Positions 26,573 to 40,221 are shown, counted from the stretch's first letter. The stretch is 64,000 nucleotides of DNA from Amphiscolops sp. MND2022 (GCA_964187785.1 OZ076412.1:31372001-31436000); one strand, 5' to 3'. Made by a program: numbers and translations. The notes: a model not told the origin generated them from the letters alone.

Positions 26573-28448
26573 GTTTGAGAGTATGAGTCATACTGCTCTT
26601 GTTGACTAATTACCGCCAGTCTGGTCTTAATTTCGAGATTTTCAAACTTAGTTCTTTCAATATGGACTCTGTTTGCATAGAATTCCTTGTCAGGTGACCA
26701 GTGAAATATAACCAGTAAATAAAGATCGTGCTCCTTTATGAAGCCAGCTAAGGCACTGTATGGGACGGTTAGCATGTGCGCTTTTGGACAGAAATCTCCA
26801 AAAGCCATAACATTTATAACCAACGCAATATATTTTTTCACATCAGTTAAAGAAACAATGTTGCAATTTTTGTCAACTGGCCTTGAAGAAAGTTGTTGTC
26901 ACGTTTATGGCACAAAATTGAAAGATGCGACAGGAAGAGAAAGTGGTAAAAGCCTTTTTAAAAACCGGATTCAATTAGAATTTATCGCCAAGTAATTTAC
27001 TCAGCCCAGATTTCAGAGCGGCCGCAGTTTGCCCAAGCAATTTGACGGCGGCCGGTGTACCAACAGAGGAGTAATTGAAAATACATGAGGACATATTTGT
27101 CAAACAGTGCCGTATTATCTTTCCCGCGGAGGTGAGGTGAAAGCCTAGGAAGCGTCTGACGGTACACAACTCTCGCCCCAGGCAATTAAGTGGGGCGACA
27201 ATTCACCTGAGTCACCACAGCGTACCTCGCGCAACATAAAGCAACCACGGATGGTACAGAAAAAGATTCAATCAAAGCATCCTCAGCTCTATTGCCATTA
27301 GTTTCTCAATTTCACCTCTTTGCCCAATTCAATTGCACGTTGCTACCAATTAACTCCGAGATTCCGTCAACTTTTGGGTCACAGCTGCTATTGCATTATC
27401 AAACAATTTTAAAAAGACAACATTCATTGGTGAGTTTCACGTGTTTTCTTGGATTGATACCACTTGCATTTTTGCAACGATCTCGCATGACTCATGTTGA
27501 TGACAATTTTTGTTGGTCTTGCAAGAGGTTCCTATCCAAGCTGCATGCTTCCAGTTCAAGATTTTGCAAGAGAAATATTCACAGCATTTTTTCATAATAG
27601 CTCAAGAAAATTAATGCCCATCTATAATTAATGACTAATCCAATCACGGCTCAATAAACTATTCAAACTGTTCCTCCATTTAAATCGTTGTATACCTCGT
27701 GTTATTATCGTGAAAAACAGTATTATCGTATAGAACCAAAGGAACATTGAACTTGACTGAATTCGATTTTACAATATCCCTGGCAAGAGCTGAATAATTC
27801 GGAAGTAAGATCAGTGTGTCGAGTACAGGGAATTTTTTGTCGTTGAATCCGTTAATTCAGAAAACGGCAAGACGCGAAATTTCGACACTGCTTAAGTATG
27901 AACTTCCGCCATGGGACGATGTCGTTGGAAGAAATCAGAAACAGTCGTACAATGGCGAAAAAAAATCAAACATTTTAGGTTTCAAAAAACAATTCTCTTG
28001 AAAGCAACAACGAAACGGTCAAAGTAGACATTTTGATGAAGTAGGTTTGTCTTCAGAAAAATGTCATCAAATTTGCCCAAACGGGTTAGGAGTCATGAAC
28101 GAACCTCTGATGAAATAAAAAACTGTCACACAGTCCAGAAACAAAAGCTAGAGAGCTTTGGTTTCCACGTGCTCTAAAAATATTGAGAAAAGATCATCCA
28201 GCGCGGATGTCGAACGCACGTAATCTTGCTTCCCAGGTCCAGTCCGAAAGTTCTAAAATAACGAAAAACAAACAGCCTTAGTCAAGACTGCTGGAACATG
28301 TAACACGCTACAGGCCTTCATTCAGTGAATTTTTTTAATAAAACTCTGAAATATCAGTAGGCAACCGGTGGTAAATTTTGAGAATACGCTGAAGTTTCCG
28401 AAATAGCAAATTAAAATCCGTAAAAATATAATATATTACGGGCATGCA

Positions 28449-28677
28449 CAGGGGTGTTCAATATTTCATTCGAATATTTAATATTATTATTGCTTAAAAC
28501 AAATTAATTTATTTTCACGGTGGAAAAATAAATAATTTTCTTATTTTTTTGCTAAAATAATTATTTTTATTTTAAGAGGTCCAAAAATATTTATTTTTAC
28601 TCATTTAAGTGTAAAAATAAATTATTTTTTATTCATTATAATTATTCTTGCCCATAATTATTTATTGAACACCCCTG
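28449..28677. mobile_element. hAT-type MITE (229 bp)
   Basis: Perfect 15-bp TIR CAGGGGTGTTCAATA and perfect 8-bp TSD GGCATGCA (28441-48, 28678-85); AT-rich interior. Confidence 0.9.
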
Positions 28678-29470
28678 GGCATGCAAAATCACATTTTCAA
28701 GTAGCATAGTAGCATCCCAATTTTGACGCTAGTTCGCAGTTTATAACGTAACTGAAATTATTTTGCATCGAAATTGGCCTAAATCTAATATCTTCTCTGT
28801 TGAATTTGAATAAAGCACTGATGCTTATCGAAAACTGTGGAATAGCTAGGCTTAAAATTGTCTGTTTTTTGTTGAATTTTTCAACTAGCCTGTTAAAAGC
28901 CCTACATAAAAGGAAATATTATTGGCTGAAAGTTTCCCAAAGAATGTTGAAAAATTATAGTAAAAGTTGTCGACAACCTTTGAAAACATCAAAAAAAATT
29001 CAAACAGTTTGATCAAGGGAGGGGTTGACCTGTGTGAACTAACACGTGAAATTCTGCTCTCCGAAGATAAAATACTGTTGAATTTCTGAAAACCACCAGA
29101 TTTGTCAACTTTTTAGGTAATTGAACGCAAAAGCTAGCAAGTGGAATTTTTCATCTTTAACAAGTTGAAAGATTTTCTCCTGATTCAGCAAGCGGTTTAA
29201 CTTGAACTGAATTTTGTATGGGAAACTGTCGAATTTAGGGATATCAAAAAACTGCAACAGGAGTTTCTGGACTGCTCATGAAAGTTAAGTGGCAAAAACC
29301 AGGGATGGTGGAACTAAGTTTCCTTTTCCAAATGGGCTTCAGTCAGAAGAAATTGAGACTTGAAGGTTTGCCAAGCAGAAAGGTTTTTCTAAGCGCAATT
29401 GACTTTGATACGGGAAAAACTTTTGGGTGGAAGTTACTTTCCTTAGAATGGACTCCGAGCAAAAGTTTAA

Positions 29471-30066
29471 TTACGTGATTGCAATGGACGTGTCGGAGGC
29501 ATTGTCTAAGGGTCCATCATTAAGACGGTTTTGGACAAGCTCACTTTTCGAATTATTTCTGGCCTTTTCATTTCGCAGAACTTCGGTATTCGTTTCCGGT
29601 CCCTCGGCCGGAACGTTCCATCCTGTCTGTGTCATGTGTCTCGATCCGGCCATGATGGCATTCTGGATTTGGGGTAATACCTGACTACTGATGGCATCAT
29701 TAATTGCCCTCTGAATCTGAACACTGACACTATTCATCATCTCATCCATCTCCCTAGATGTCCTATAGTTCAATTCATTTGATAATCTGTTGATCTCAGC
29801 ACTAGAGTTCGCACTTGTAGAATTTTGACCAAGACCGGCGTTGTTACTAGATCCGATCTCTCTAGGATTAAAGTAAAAATTCGCTTCATTGTTCTCGAAG
29901 AGATTGCTAATGGTACTTTCAGGTCTTCTAGCAAGACTGCCATTCTCACTATCTTCTCTCTCTCTGAGCGTCGCTCACCTAACATTATGTCTAGGTTTTC
30001 TATGTCTGAGAGCATTTCTAGTTCTCTCTATTTCCTAGCTTTCTTTTGCTTTCTAGTGGTAGGCAT
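29471..30066 (-). pseudogene. 5' part of Gypsy gag (same family as 13522-14817), frameshifted and truncated
   Basis: MPTTRKQKK..MLSDIENLDIMLG and SVQIQRAINDAISSQVLPQIQ match the 14.3-14.8 kb gag. Confidence 0.75.
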
Positions 30067-30105
30067 TGAAGGATATCCGAGCGAGAATATTTAACTTAAC
30101 TCTGT

Positions 30106-30305
30106 NNNNNNNNNNNNNNNNNNNNNNNNNNNNNNNNNNNNNNNNNNNNNNNNNNNNNNNNNNNNNNNNNNNNNNNNNNNNNNNNNNNNNNNNNNNNNNN
30201 NNNNNNNNNNNNNNNNNNNNNNNNNNNNNNNNNNNNNNNNNNNNNNNNNNNNNNNNNNNNNNNNNNNNNNNNNNNNNNNNNNNNNNNNNNNNNNNNNNNN
30301 NNNNN
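30106..30305. other. Assembly gap (200 N)
   Basis: Run of N; true size and contiguity unknown. Confidence 1.
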
Positions 30306-31319
30306 GTGACAGTCACATTTTTTTACATATTTAGCAAGTAATAAGTACAACAACATACTCAAAATGCATGGTATCAAAATATCCCACTTATATTCCACAG
30401 TCCTCAGGTATCACGTGAGCAACATTTTAAAGGGTATTAAAGTTTACGCCGCAACATCAAACAAACTATTGTATTCTAATAAATACTTCCATCTTAGGAA
30501 TGTCAACAAATATTCTTCGCTATGGCAGGTATGCAGAGATGGCACGTTCCGCCACGCGAGCACTGCTGAGTTTAACTAAGCATAAGAATATATGATTACA
30601 TGTAAGGGCCAACATAGTACTATGGCATAATCCGGATACTTAGTCTAACATTGAAACAGTTATGGCAGTCAGGGCTAACTCAATTTAGTACGGGTGGTAT
30701 TGCACTTTACACATTCTGGTCTGAATGGGCTATTTGCCTCATATCAAATAAACATCATTGATTTCTCGGTGCATAGCCTTAAAAGGCAAATAATACCAAG
30801 TCTGGGGTATTAGTTGATAATTACTGCATAGAAACAATTACTTAACGCGTAGAATACAAACACATAAACACTGGTTAACTATAAGTATATATAACCTCAT
30901 AGTTGCATCTTCACTTGAAACAGCAGTAATCGGCCGTTTGACTGAAATACTAATCAGAAGTAGAGGAGGTGCGTCATTTGGCGTTATTCGGCCAATAATA
31001 TATAAAAGCGTCAGTGAAGTAACAAATGGTGAAAACTGATCAGACGTGACTACGTGCTCAAGTGACGTTCCGGAAAAGCACTCTACATCACTTGAACACA
31101 TTTTCTTTACTGCCTTACAGTTGTATTCAACTTGCATCGGTTTAATTTACATTTAGAGCGTCTTTTGACAAATTCTAACAACTTGAATTGGAATTACAAA
31201 AATTTTACACTTAACAAACTAATACTAGAAGCTCCATTACTAAATTGGTGTTGTATAATTACTAAGGTGTAGGACATAACATAAATGTGATATTCGTTAA
31301 AAGTTCGTTGAGCTTTCAT

Positions 31320-32104
31320 CTAAAAGAACGGCAATGTACCTTGCATGATCTCTTGTCCGTCCGCAGTTGTCGTGATCAATGATCCGTCACAGGCGGCCGC
31401 CTGTGACACTGCGGGTGCAAGGAAAAGAAAAGAACCGACGTTCAGACCATCCTCGTAAGCTTCGCTTCTCAGTCGTGTTATGTGTTCCAGCTCAATTCTT
31501 CGGGTAGATCTCTCCAGTTATCAAGCTACTCTTTCTCTTTTAATTTCCTCCACAAATCTGCCGCAAACCATACATCCTGTATAGCACACTTCACTAACGT
31601 TCTCGTACGGTTTCGTATTCTGGATGTTATATGAAGCTCTAAAGTCGAGGTCAGTTGATTGTACCAAAGGGGAAATAAGAGATGGCCCTCTTTCAATCGG
31701 CGGAGAGGACATTGGCGACTCTACGACAGGGAGCAAGGTTTTACATAATTCTATTTTCCTCTTCCCATTTCCTTTGGGGGAGCGTGACAAAGTTTCTCGT
31801 CAAAAAAAGTGGCCTTGAAATTAGGCGTTACCAGCGGTCTCGACAGTGATGTGCTTGGCCCTGCGACCATTTCTTTCTCTATACTGCCCGTCGTCATTAC
31901 TCTTCCGCCAATCAACATAGGACTCGTAACCACTTCTTTCTCGATACGGGCCACTAACTCTTCAGTATCTGATGAAAAGTCAGACTCCCTTTCTCCAGAT
32001 TGGTCCTCTTCCCCACTAGAAATGTAGATTACTGAATCATCTGAGGCGTCAGAGCTGACATCGCCCATGTCGAACAGTTTTCTTGAGAGGTTAAACTTCT
32101 GCAT
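31320..32104 (-). pseudogene. Accessory ORF Z (~260 aa reconstructed), unknown function
   Basis: 31751-32104 frameshifts at a T-run (~31800) into 31521-31790, which continues in frame past TGA TAA to ...YEDGLNVGSFLFLAPAVSQAAACDGSLITTTADGQEIMQGTLPFF* (TAG 31320-22). Acidic N-terminus; CMVCG (CxxC) motif. Confidence 0.65.
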
Positions 32105-32958
32105 GATAAATTTCCTAGCAATTTTGGCGAATTGAGCATCGACTTGTGTTCAGCAAATTCAAAATCAGAATGAATTGGTCGGTTGACTCGCTTTAGGCCA
32201 TGTTAGGATGTTTCCCGGGATTCTCGATTTGGCGGTAGAAACATTAGGCAACTATCCTAAGTCGGCCTAATTTTTCCTGAATGGAACTCCACTGATTGCC
32301 GACGGCCTTGGAAATCCCGATGTTTACCCCTCATCAACACCATCATCAGAAGAGGCGTGAACAGCGCTTGGGTCGTTAATATCAAATAGACTCGTCTCAA
32401 GTGGGTAATTAAGAGGTTGCTTGAGGTCAACTAACGGCACGCTACGGTTAGCTTCTTCCAGAATGGCTCCAGCCAATCAGACACGTTCTACGATAAAATG
32501 AATAATAAATAATAAAATGGTGAAAATTAAAAATCTTAAATATTTCAAAATGGATGAAAATCTAACTAAAAAATAACAAGTCATCAAAGCAAAACGGCGA
32601 AACGAAACAGGGTAAACGGCCATAATCGGCTTCAAACTAACTAAGTTGTAAATAACGAAAAACCTTCTGTACATTTCGCTGGCAGACTCCATACACAGTT
32701 TTAACTTTGTAAATAACCATAGAATATTAGTCAGGTAAATTTTCAACCAGCCATCTGACGATTGTCTTCAAGTCGATCACAAACTTCAATATCATGTCTT
32801 CAAGTTCAGGTCGGTCTGGATTTTCGTTTTTGAACTAATTTAACTTGATCAAGTCTAAATTTTGTTCACAAGTCGCTTCCTGTTTCCATCAATTGGCACG
32901 TGATGACACACTTCATTCAAATTTACAAAAGACTTCCGGAAGGTTTCTAAAGCGTTGA

Positions 32959-34067
32959 ATGGATTTCTTTCAAGGAAGCTCACCTTCAAATTCCATATCA
33001 TTCGGTTCAGATAAACAGGGATTTCAGTTCACTGAATGTGCACAGATACCAGACTCTGGTTTCAACACAATCCCTGCTCCAATCATGGTTCGTTCCCCAC
33101 CTCCTTTTCCTCCTATTAGATCACCCAGCAGTACTGACAGTAATGTGGAAGTCACTGCATACGCCGAAGAAAGGGCCCAAATCCACGAAGATGCACAAAA
33201 GCTAACAGGCCAACAGAAAAGCGGGCAACTTGCGGAAGATTATGAAGAAATAGAAGATGAAGAAGAAGACGAAGACGGAAAGAATGAGTCAGATAAGTTG
33301 TCTTTTGCCCATCCCAGGACCGAAGCAACTTCCCTTCGCATTCCTACTAAGGCCCCTACACCTGGTACAACTGAAACTGCTGTGGAGCTGAACTTGACTC
33401 ATTTGGAGACTGGACTCAGAGTTGCCACTCCCTCTAGAACTGCACTGCTTGATCTATTACCGGCTGTAGATCCGGTTAATGGGACGTCCCCGGCGTAATT
33501 CCTGCAAACTGAAACTGATGACAGTTCATCCTTTTGCGATGCACCCACCCTTCCCCAAGGAGAAAACAAAGTGAGATTCCCCGATGACTCCACTGGAGCC
33601 GAGGAAACCGGGGACGCATCCAGCCAAGCCAGTGGCCCAGTCCTAAAAGAATACAACCCAGTAGAGAAGAAAATGAGCCTCCTGCCAGGGAGGTAGAAGC
33701 CTTGCCCGGATCTTCCGGCTACTTGACCAATCAGACAGCGCCAACCACTTCCGCGCCGCAAGATGCAGGGTTACAGGAATTGTCTGGACGAAGTAGGGCA
33801 ATTCTGAAGCAGTACTTTGATGAAGATACTGAAGCTATAACTTTCCCTTTAGGCCATCGAACAGTACCCTTCACAGAACCTATGTTGTATCATCTCTTTC
33901 GTTTCCTAACTGACGAGACCGTGAGAATGTCCTACACCGCCATAGAACGAATGGTAATAGGAGCGGTCAGGGGAACACCAGTCACCTCTGGGTCTAGAAT
34001 TGACCACTTCAAGACTCGGTATAGAGCCCAAATACCAAGGTCAAGGCTGTTTTTGAGCCTCAGATAG
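32959..34067 (+). pseudogene. Accessory ORF Y (antisense to pol), copy A
   Basis: Track ORFs 32959-33498 and 33702-34067 are separated by one TAA and a 5-nt insertion that are absent in copy B. Confidence 0.6.
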
Positions 34068-34220
34068 GGCGTCGACTTATGCAGTTCCTGGCTTGCTCCA
34101 ACTTTCATCCGACATGTTCACTTCAACTACTTCAACTTCTTCCTTACTTGGTGACTCGTCTGCAACTTTCATTTTGTCGGTGTAACCACAGTAGTCTGCT
34201 TTTCAACACAGCTCCAATCC

Positions 34221-34490
34221 TCACTTGTAGGAGACTCCGAACCGTAAGTTCATTTCTTGATCAATTGCATCTTCGAAAATTCTGACATATTCTTCTCCTG
34301 TGACGTTCCTAGCCCCTCTTCCAAATTCCCTCCTGTTCTTACAATTGAGTGATGTGTTGAGCACTCGTTGAAGATCATCGTAACATGCAAGCCATCGTAA
34401 AAATGTTACGTAAACGTTTGAAATAATTGAAAACTCAAATGAAATAGCCCTCCTTGCCACGATGAATGTTCTTTGACAAAATGAAGCCAT
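34221..34490 (-). CDS. Accessory ORF X (89 aa), copy A; unknown function
   Basis: ATG-initiated ORF just downstream of integrase, open in all three copies; core YVTFLRWLACYDDLQRVLNTSLNCKNRR. Confidence 0.45.
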   Translation of the reverse strand: MASFCQRTFIVARRAISFEFSIISNVYVTFLRWLACYDDLQRVLNTSLNCKNRREFGRGARNVTGEEYVRIFEDAIDQEMNLRFGVSYK

Positions 34491-35468
34491 TTGTTTAATT
34501 CAGTTCACTGTTACCAGTTTTCGTTACCAAGTTTGTCATTGATTCTTTTTGACTTTGTTGTCTAGTCCAAACCTTTTAAGTTTAAAGTACCAATGCCGTC
34601 AAAAGTTCAAAATTTCATCCTTTCCGAATGCTTATTCAATTCAAAGGTCAAAAGTTTTAACCGAATTACATGACCATCTTGCATGACTGCAAACTTAGTG
34701 AACTTTTAGGAACCCAATCACCTTTTTCCCGGCCTTTTGCAGGTAGTTAACTGGTGGCTTAAGATTGGTTCTTAGGTTTAGTCCCCGCTTTGGGTAGGCT
34801 CATTAGAACAAAAATATTCAGTTTGAGCAGTGACTCATATTCAACATTTGTGATAGTCTTTGTCAATGACTGAGGAATGAGAGTCAACAAATTCACCTCA
34901 GCTGCTTAATGAGAACTGCTGTTCAGTTCACTTAACTCTTTGAGTAATTTAATAGTCTTTCTGTTCAACCTCAACTTTCTGTTCAACTCTGAATTAACTC
35001 TTGTTTCTTATTCATCTTGTTTCCTGAGTTCGCGAGGCGTGCACTAAACACCTCCTATCAGCACTTGTTTCACTATATCCCGCTTGGATGCAACTACTGA
35101 TTTCTCGGGGTTTAGTAAGAACGTTATGGTGGTACTCGATTCACTGTGATCCTTGCCTTTCATCTTGGAGCCACGCGTCCAATTTAAAATTAAAATGGAT
35201 GAATCGACAACCGGGTTGAAATCATCATCGAATTGCAGCTTTGGGTCAATCTTTTTGTGTGTCTTGTAATCCTTCCGACGTTTGTTCTCATTGCGAATGA
35301 AACTCTAGATAGGCCCTAGGTTTTTCCTACTAACACCACCTTTCTCTCCAATCGAAGTTTTCTAGCCATACTTTCTACTAGCCCAATCACCCAGCGGTTT
35401 CTCACCGGCGAATAGTGTTTTTAACGTGATTACTTTTCAAATTGCCGCTGTCGGATCTGCTTTATTCT

Positions 35469-36238
35469 CTGTGGAGCTGAACTTGACTCAATTGGAGACT
35501 GGACTCAGAGTTGCAACTCCCTCTAGAACTGCACTGCCTGATCTATTAACAGCTGTAGATCCGGTTAATGGGACGTCTCCGGCGTATTTTCTGCAAACTG
35601 AAACTGATGACAATTCATCCTTTTGCGATGCACCCACCCTTCCCCAAGGAGAAAACAAAGTGAGATTCCTCGATGACTCCACTGGAGCCGAGGAAACCGG
35701 GGACGCATCCAGCCAAGCCAGTGGCCCAGTCCTATAAGAATACAACCCAGTAGAGAATGAGCCTCCTGCCAGGGAGGTAGAAGCATTGCCCGGATTTTCC
35801 GGCTACTCTACCAATCAGACAGCGCCAACCACTTCCGCGCCGCAAGAAGCAGGGTTACAGAAATTGTCTGGACGAAGTAGGGCAATTCTGAAGCAGTACT
35901 TTGATGAAGATACTGAAGCTATAACTTTCCCTTTAGGCCAACGAACAGTACCCTTCACAGAACCTATGTTGTATCATCTCTTTCGTTTCCTAACTGGCGA
36001 GACCGTGAGAATGTCCTACACCGCCATAGAACGAATGGTAATAGGAGCGGTCAGGGGAACACCAGTCACCTCTGGGTCTAGGATTGACCACTTCAAGACT
36101 CGGTATAGAGCCCAAATACCGAGGTCAAGGCTGTTCTTGAGCCTCAGACAGGGCGTCGACTTATGCAGTTCCTGGCTTGCTCCAACTTTCTTCCGACATG
36201 TTCACTTCAACTACTTCAACTTCTTCCTTACTTGGTGA
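35469..36238 (+). pseudogene. Accessory ORF Y, copy B (5'-truncated)
   Basis: 35426-35737 and 35786-36238 are in the same frame, separated by a single TAA at 35735-37. Confidence 0.6.
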
Positions 36239-36304
36239 ATCGTCTGCAACTTTACTTTTGTCGGTGTAACCACAGTAGTCTGCTTTTCAACACAGCTTCA
36301 ATCC

Positions 36305-36574
36305 TCACTTGTAGGAGATTCCGAACCGTAAGTTCATTTCTTGATCAATTGCATCTTCGAAATTATTGACATATTCTGCTCCTGTGACGTTCCTAGCCCC
36401 TTTTCCAATTTTCCTCCTGTTCTTACAATTGAGTGATGTGTTGAGCACTCGTTGAAGATCATCGTAACATGCAAGCCATCGTAAAAATGTTACGTAAACG
36501 TTTGAAATAATTGAAAACAAAAATGAAATAGCCCTCCTTGCCACGATGAATGTTCTTTGACAAAATGAAGCCAT
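36305..36574 (-). CDS. Accessory ORF X, copy B
   Basis: 89-aa ORF homologous to 34221-34490. Confidence 0.45.
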   Translation of the reverse strand: MASFCQRTFIVARRAISFLFSIISNVYVTFLRWLACYDDLQRVLNTSLNCKNRRKIGKGARNVTGAEYVNNFEDAIDQEMNLRFGISYK

Positions 36575-37129
36575 TTGTTTAATTCAGTTCACTGTTACCA
36601 GTTTTCGTTACCAAGTTTGTCATTAATTCTTTTTGACTTTGTTGTCTAGTCCAAACCTTTTAAGTTTAAAGTACCAATGCCGTCAAAAGTTCAAAAGTTC
36701 ATCCTTTCCGAATGCTTATTCAATTCAAAGGTCAAAAGTTTTAACCGAATTACATGACCATCTTGCATGACTGCAAACTTAGTGAACTTTTAGGAACCCA
36801 ATCACCTTTTTCCCGGCCTTTTGCAGGTAGTTAACTGGTGGCTTAAGATTGGTTCTTAGGTTTAGTCCCCGCTTTGGGTAGGCTCATTGGAACAAAAATA
36901 TTCAGTTTGAGCAGTGACTCATCTTCAACATTTGTGATAGACTTTGTCAATGACTGAGGAATGAGAGTCAACAAATTCACCTCAACTGCTTTATTGAGAA
37001 CTGCTGTTCAGTTCACTTAACTCTTTGATTAATTTGATTGTCTTTCTGTTCAACCTCAACTTTCTGTTCAACTCTGAATTAACTCTTGTTTCTTATTCAT
37101 CTTGTTTCCTGAGTTCGAGAGGCTTGCAC

Positions 37130-39360
37130 TAAACACCTCCTATCAGCACTTGTTTCGCTATATCCCGCTTGGATGCAACTACTGATTTCTCGGGGTTCAG
37201 TAAGAACGTTATGGTGGTACTCGATTCACTGTGATCCTTGCCTTTCATCTTGGAGCCACGCGTCCATTTTAAAATCAAAATGGATGAATCGACAACCGGG
37301 TTGAAATCATCATCGAATTGCAGCTTTGGGTCAATCTTTTTGTGTGTCTTGTAATCCTTCCGACGTTTGTTCTCATTGCGAATGAAACTCTAGATAGGCC
37401 CTAGGTTTTTCCTACTAACACCACCTTTCTCTCCAATCGAAGTTTTCTAGCCATACTTTCTACTAGCCCAATCACCCAGCGGTTTCTCACCGGCGAATAA
37501 TGTTTTTAGCGTGATTACTTTTCAAATTGCCGCTGTCGGATCTGCTTTTATTCTCTTCGAGATTCCATGCAGGGTTACGTACTCAGCTAAAATTTTCAAG
37601 AAAATTGTCGGAAGGTGGATTTGACGAAAACAACGCGTCTAAGCATCCTGTATTATAATCTACTAGGACTAACATTTACATTGTCCCTTTTGGGGCTTTT
37701 TGAAAAGAACCTAACAAAATTTGGATCGAGTTCAGCAAAATCTGACAAAACTTCATAGAATAAATTTTCCACCACCGGTATTTTCCTGAACACTTTTTGT
37801 GAATTCGTACATGTTATATTTCAACCTGCTTGACAGCATTGTGGAAACTTTTTCACTTTCTCGACAAACTTTATGTGGATTCTCGGCCACCACACAAACC
37901 CTCCGTTCTCACTGCATCGCTTCTCTGTCACGGAGCTTGAATTGAATTGCGGTTGACTAATTAACAGTCGCGCATGTCTTTTACAATCACTATCCTTTCA
38001 TTCAAGTATAACAACCTGCTGTCATCTAAGTAGGATCAGGTCAACTTTCCCTCGATGGAGGTGGTAAATGGCAATTTGTGCAGTATCAGGATTTCATACT
38101 AATTTCACTATATTGTGGGGGCGGTGGTCCTTCCCAACCTTAAACTGTACGTATACGTTGGTAATTGTTGACTAGCCTAATTGATGACTGCTTTCCGCTA
38201 TTCTAGATGATGTGTTCTGACTGTTCCTTTTGACTTTTTAGTTGTAATGGCGTTCGACACCTCACCGTTTTGTTTTAATAACATCAATGAAGTTGCGGTA
38301 GCTTAATCACAAATTGCCATTTACTACCTCCATCGAAGGAAAGTTGACCTGATCCTACTTAGATGACAGCAGGTTGTTATACTTGAATGAAAGGATAGTG
38401 ATTGTAAAAGACATGCGCGACTGTTAATTAGTCAACAGAATTCTGAATCGTTCTTAGTTTCATTCGCAATTCTCTTTGGTTGTCTCGATTTCACGAGACT
38501 TGTCTCACTCAAGTCCCTCTCAAAATCATTGACAACATTTACAACTGTTTCGATTTTTTTGTCAAACCCAAAGTTCTTCACGAAATCAGCGCCACAGAAA
38601 ATCGAATGGTTTTAACATGTCAGCCAATCTGGTTAATCTGCTTGAAAAACTATTAACTTCTTTTTCCCTTCAGCTCCATTTTCAAGGCTTTGTGATTCAC
38701 AATTGTGTCCGATTCTATCCGGGAACATAATTTGTAAGCAGTGACCGACCACAATGCGACTGATTGGTATCGAATATTTTGCTTCAAACTCCGTTAAATG
38801 TCTTCATGCCAAAGCCATCCGTTTCCTGCAATTCTTTTCCAACTGTTGTATTACTGGCAGTAACCTTTGCTCGTTAGCATCGCAAAGAAATCTCGATAGC
38901 GATAATGTTTGTTTCGATTAGTTTTGTCGTTTTGCTAAACCTTTTTACATGTTCCTAAGACCTCAATTTACATCCCATTTTGGTATATAAGGATTTGGAA
39001 CGCATTCAGCTGCTGAATACGGGAAAAACAAGTTTACTGAGATAACGACACCTGATCACGACATGAGAACTTTCATATTCGAAGGTCTCAGCTTTTCTGT
39101 AAACCTTCCAAATTGTCGTTAAATGGCAAACCCTCCAGTTCGTCAAATTGAAGCCATACCAATCAATTTACTCTGTTGCAATGTTGCTCATCCCTCCAAC
39201 GTTTTGCAGTAGTAACTGTATGAAGAGTTTAATTGTTTGTGTACGTTAGACCCACCGATGAGTAGCATTTCAGGTCTTCATCACTGTAAAGTCTCTCCGA
39301 CAACTTTTTCAAAATAAATTCTCAAGATTTGCTATTTGGTTTAGTCTTATATACTTGTCA
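37130..39360 (-). pseudogene. Duplicated Gypsy pol remnant (RT part, RNase H, integrase)
   Basis: Near-identical to 42290-44436. Confidence 0.8.
38308..38436. repeat. 129-bp inverted copy of 37952-38080, inserted in copy 1 only
   Basis: Near-exact reverse complement; the equivalent site in copy 2 (~43470-43480) reads TAGCTTCTGAATCG with no insert. Confidence 0.95.
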
Positions 39361-39865
39361 TATATAAATATACATATATATACCCTCATCAACATCATCA
39401 TCAGAGGAGGCGTGAACAGCGCTTGGGTCGTTAATATCAAATAGACTCGTCTCAAGTGGGTAATTAAGAGGTTGCTTGAGGTCAACTAACGACACGCTAC
39501 GGTTAGCTTCTTCCAGAATGGCTCCAGCCAATCAGACACGTTCTTTGATAAAATGAAAAATAAATAATAAAAAGGTGAAAAATAAAAATCTTTAAAATTA
39601 AAAACATTTCAAAATGGATGAAAATCTAACTAGAAAATAACAAGTCATCAAAACAAAACGGCGAAACGAAACAGGGTAAACGACCATATTCGGCTTCAAA
39701 CTAACTAAGTTGTAAATAACGAAGAACCTTCTGTACATTTCGCTGGCAGACTCCATGCACAGTTTTAACTTTGTAAATAATCATAGAATAATAGTCAGGT
39801 AAATTTTCTTCAGCCACGAACTCCAACTTTCTATTTTCTGATTGTTACACAATTCAATTCCTTAT

Positions 39866-40097
39866 TATTTGAATTCTTGTCTGTAATTTTCATAACGCCA
39901 ATCATCGTCCTCTTCCGTCTCCAACTTTATTGCTAATTTCTTCCCCCTCGGAGCATTCTGAATCGTCTTCCCTTCTTCTGCCGAAATCGGTCAACTTCCC
40001 GAACTTCAACCAGCCATCTGACGATTGTCTTCAAGTCGACCACAAACTTCAATATCATGTCTTCAACTTCAGGTTGGTCTGGATTTTCGTTTTTGAA
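39866..40097 (-). pseudogene. Accessory ORF W remnant (sense strand), unknown function
   Basis: Manual translation FKNENPDQPEVEDMILKFVVDLKTIVRWLVEVREVDRFRQKKGRRFRMLRGG, then after a shift LAIKLETEEDDDWRYENYRQEFK*; a ~200-bp part is deleted in copy 1. Confidence 0.4.
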
Positions 40098-40221
40098 CTA
40101 ATTTAACTTGATCAAGTCTACATTGTGTTCACAAGTCGCTTCCTGTTTCCATCAATTGGCACGTGATGACACACTTCATTCAAATTTACAAAAGACTTCC
40201 GGAAGGCTTCTAATGCGTTGA

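Larger units (their letters stand above)
33380..37554. repeat. Inner tandem duplication (33380-35468 and 35469-~37554)
   Basis: At 35469 the sequence jumps from integrase (GGATCTGCTTTATTCTCT) back to CTGTGGAGCTGAAC (33380) with a 2-nt CT overlap. Confidence 0.95.
32325..39380. repeat. Outer tandem duplication, copy 1 (contains the inner 2.09-kb duplication)
   Basis: Colinear with 39381-44446; junction joins a (TA)n tract to TACCCTCATCAAC. Confidence 0.95.

Noticed and set aside
26569-27169. Minus-strand frames faintly resembling PIF1/Helitron helicase motifs
   Set aside because: No intact Walker A or B motif; similarity too weak to call.
27173-27198. 8-bp GC-rich hairpin TCGCCCCA-N10-TGGGGCGA as a possible Helitron end or terminator
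   Set aside because: No CTRR terminus nearby and no supporting context.
30053-30398. ORFs containing long X runs
   Set aside because: Artefacts of translating the 200-N gap.
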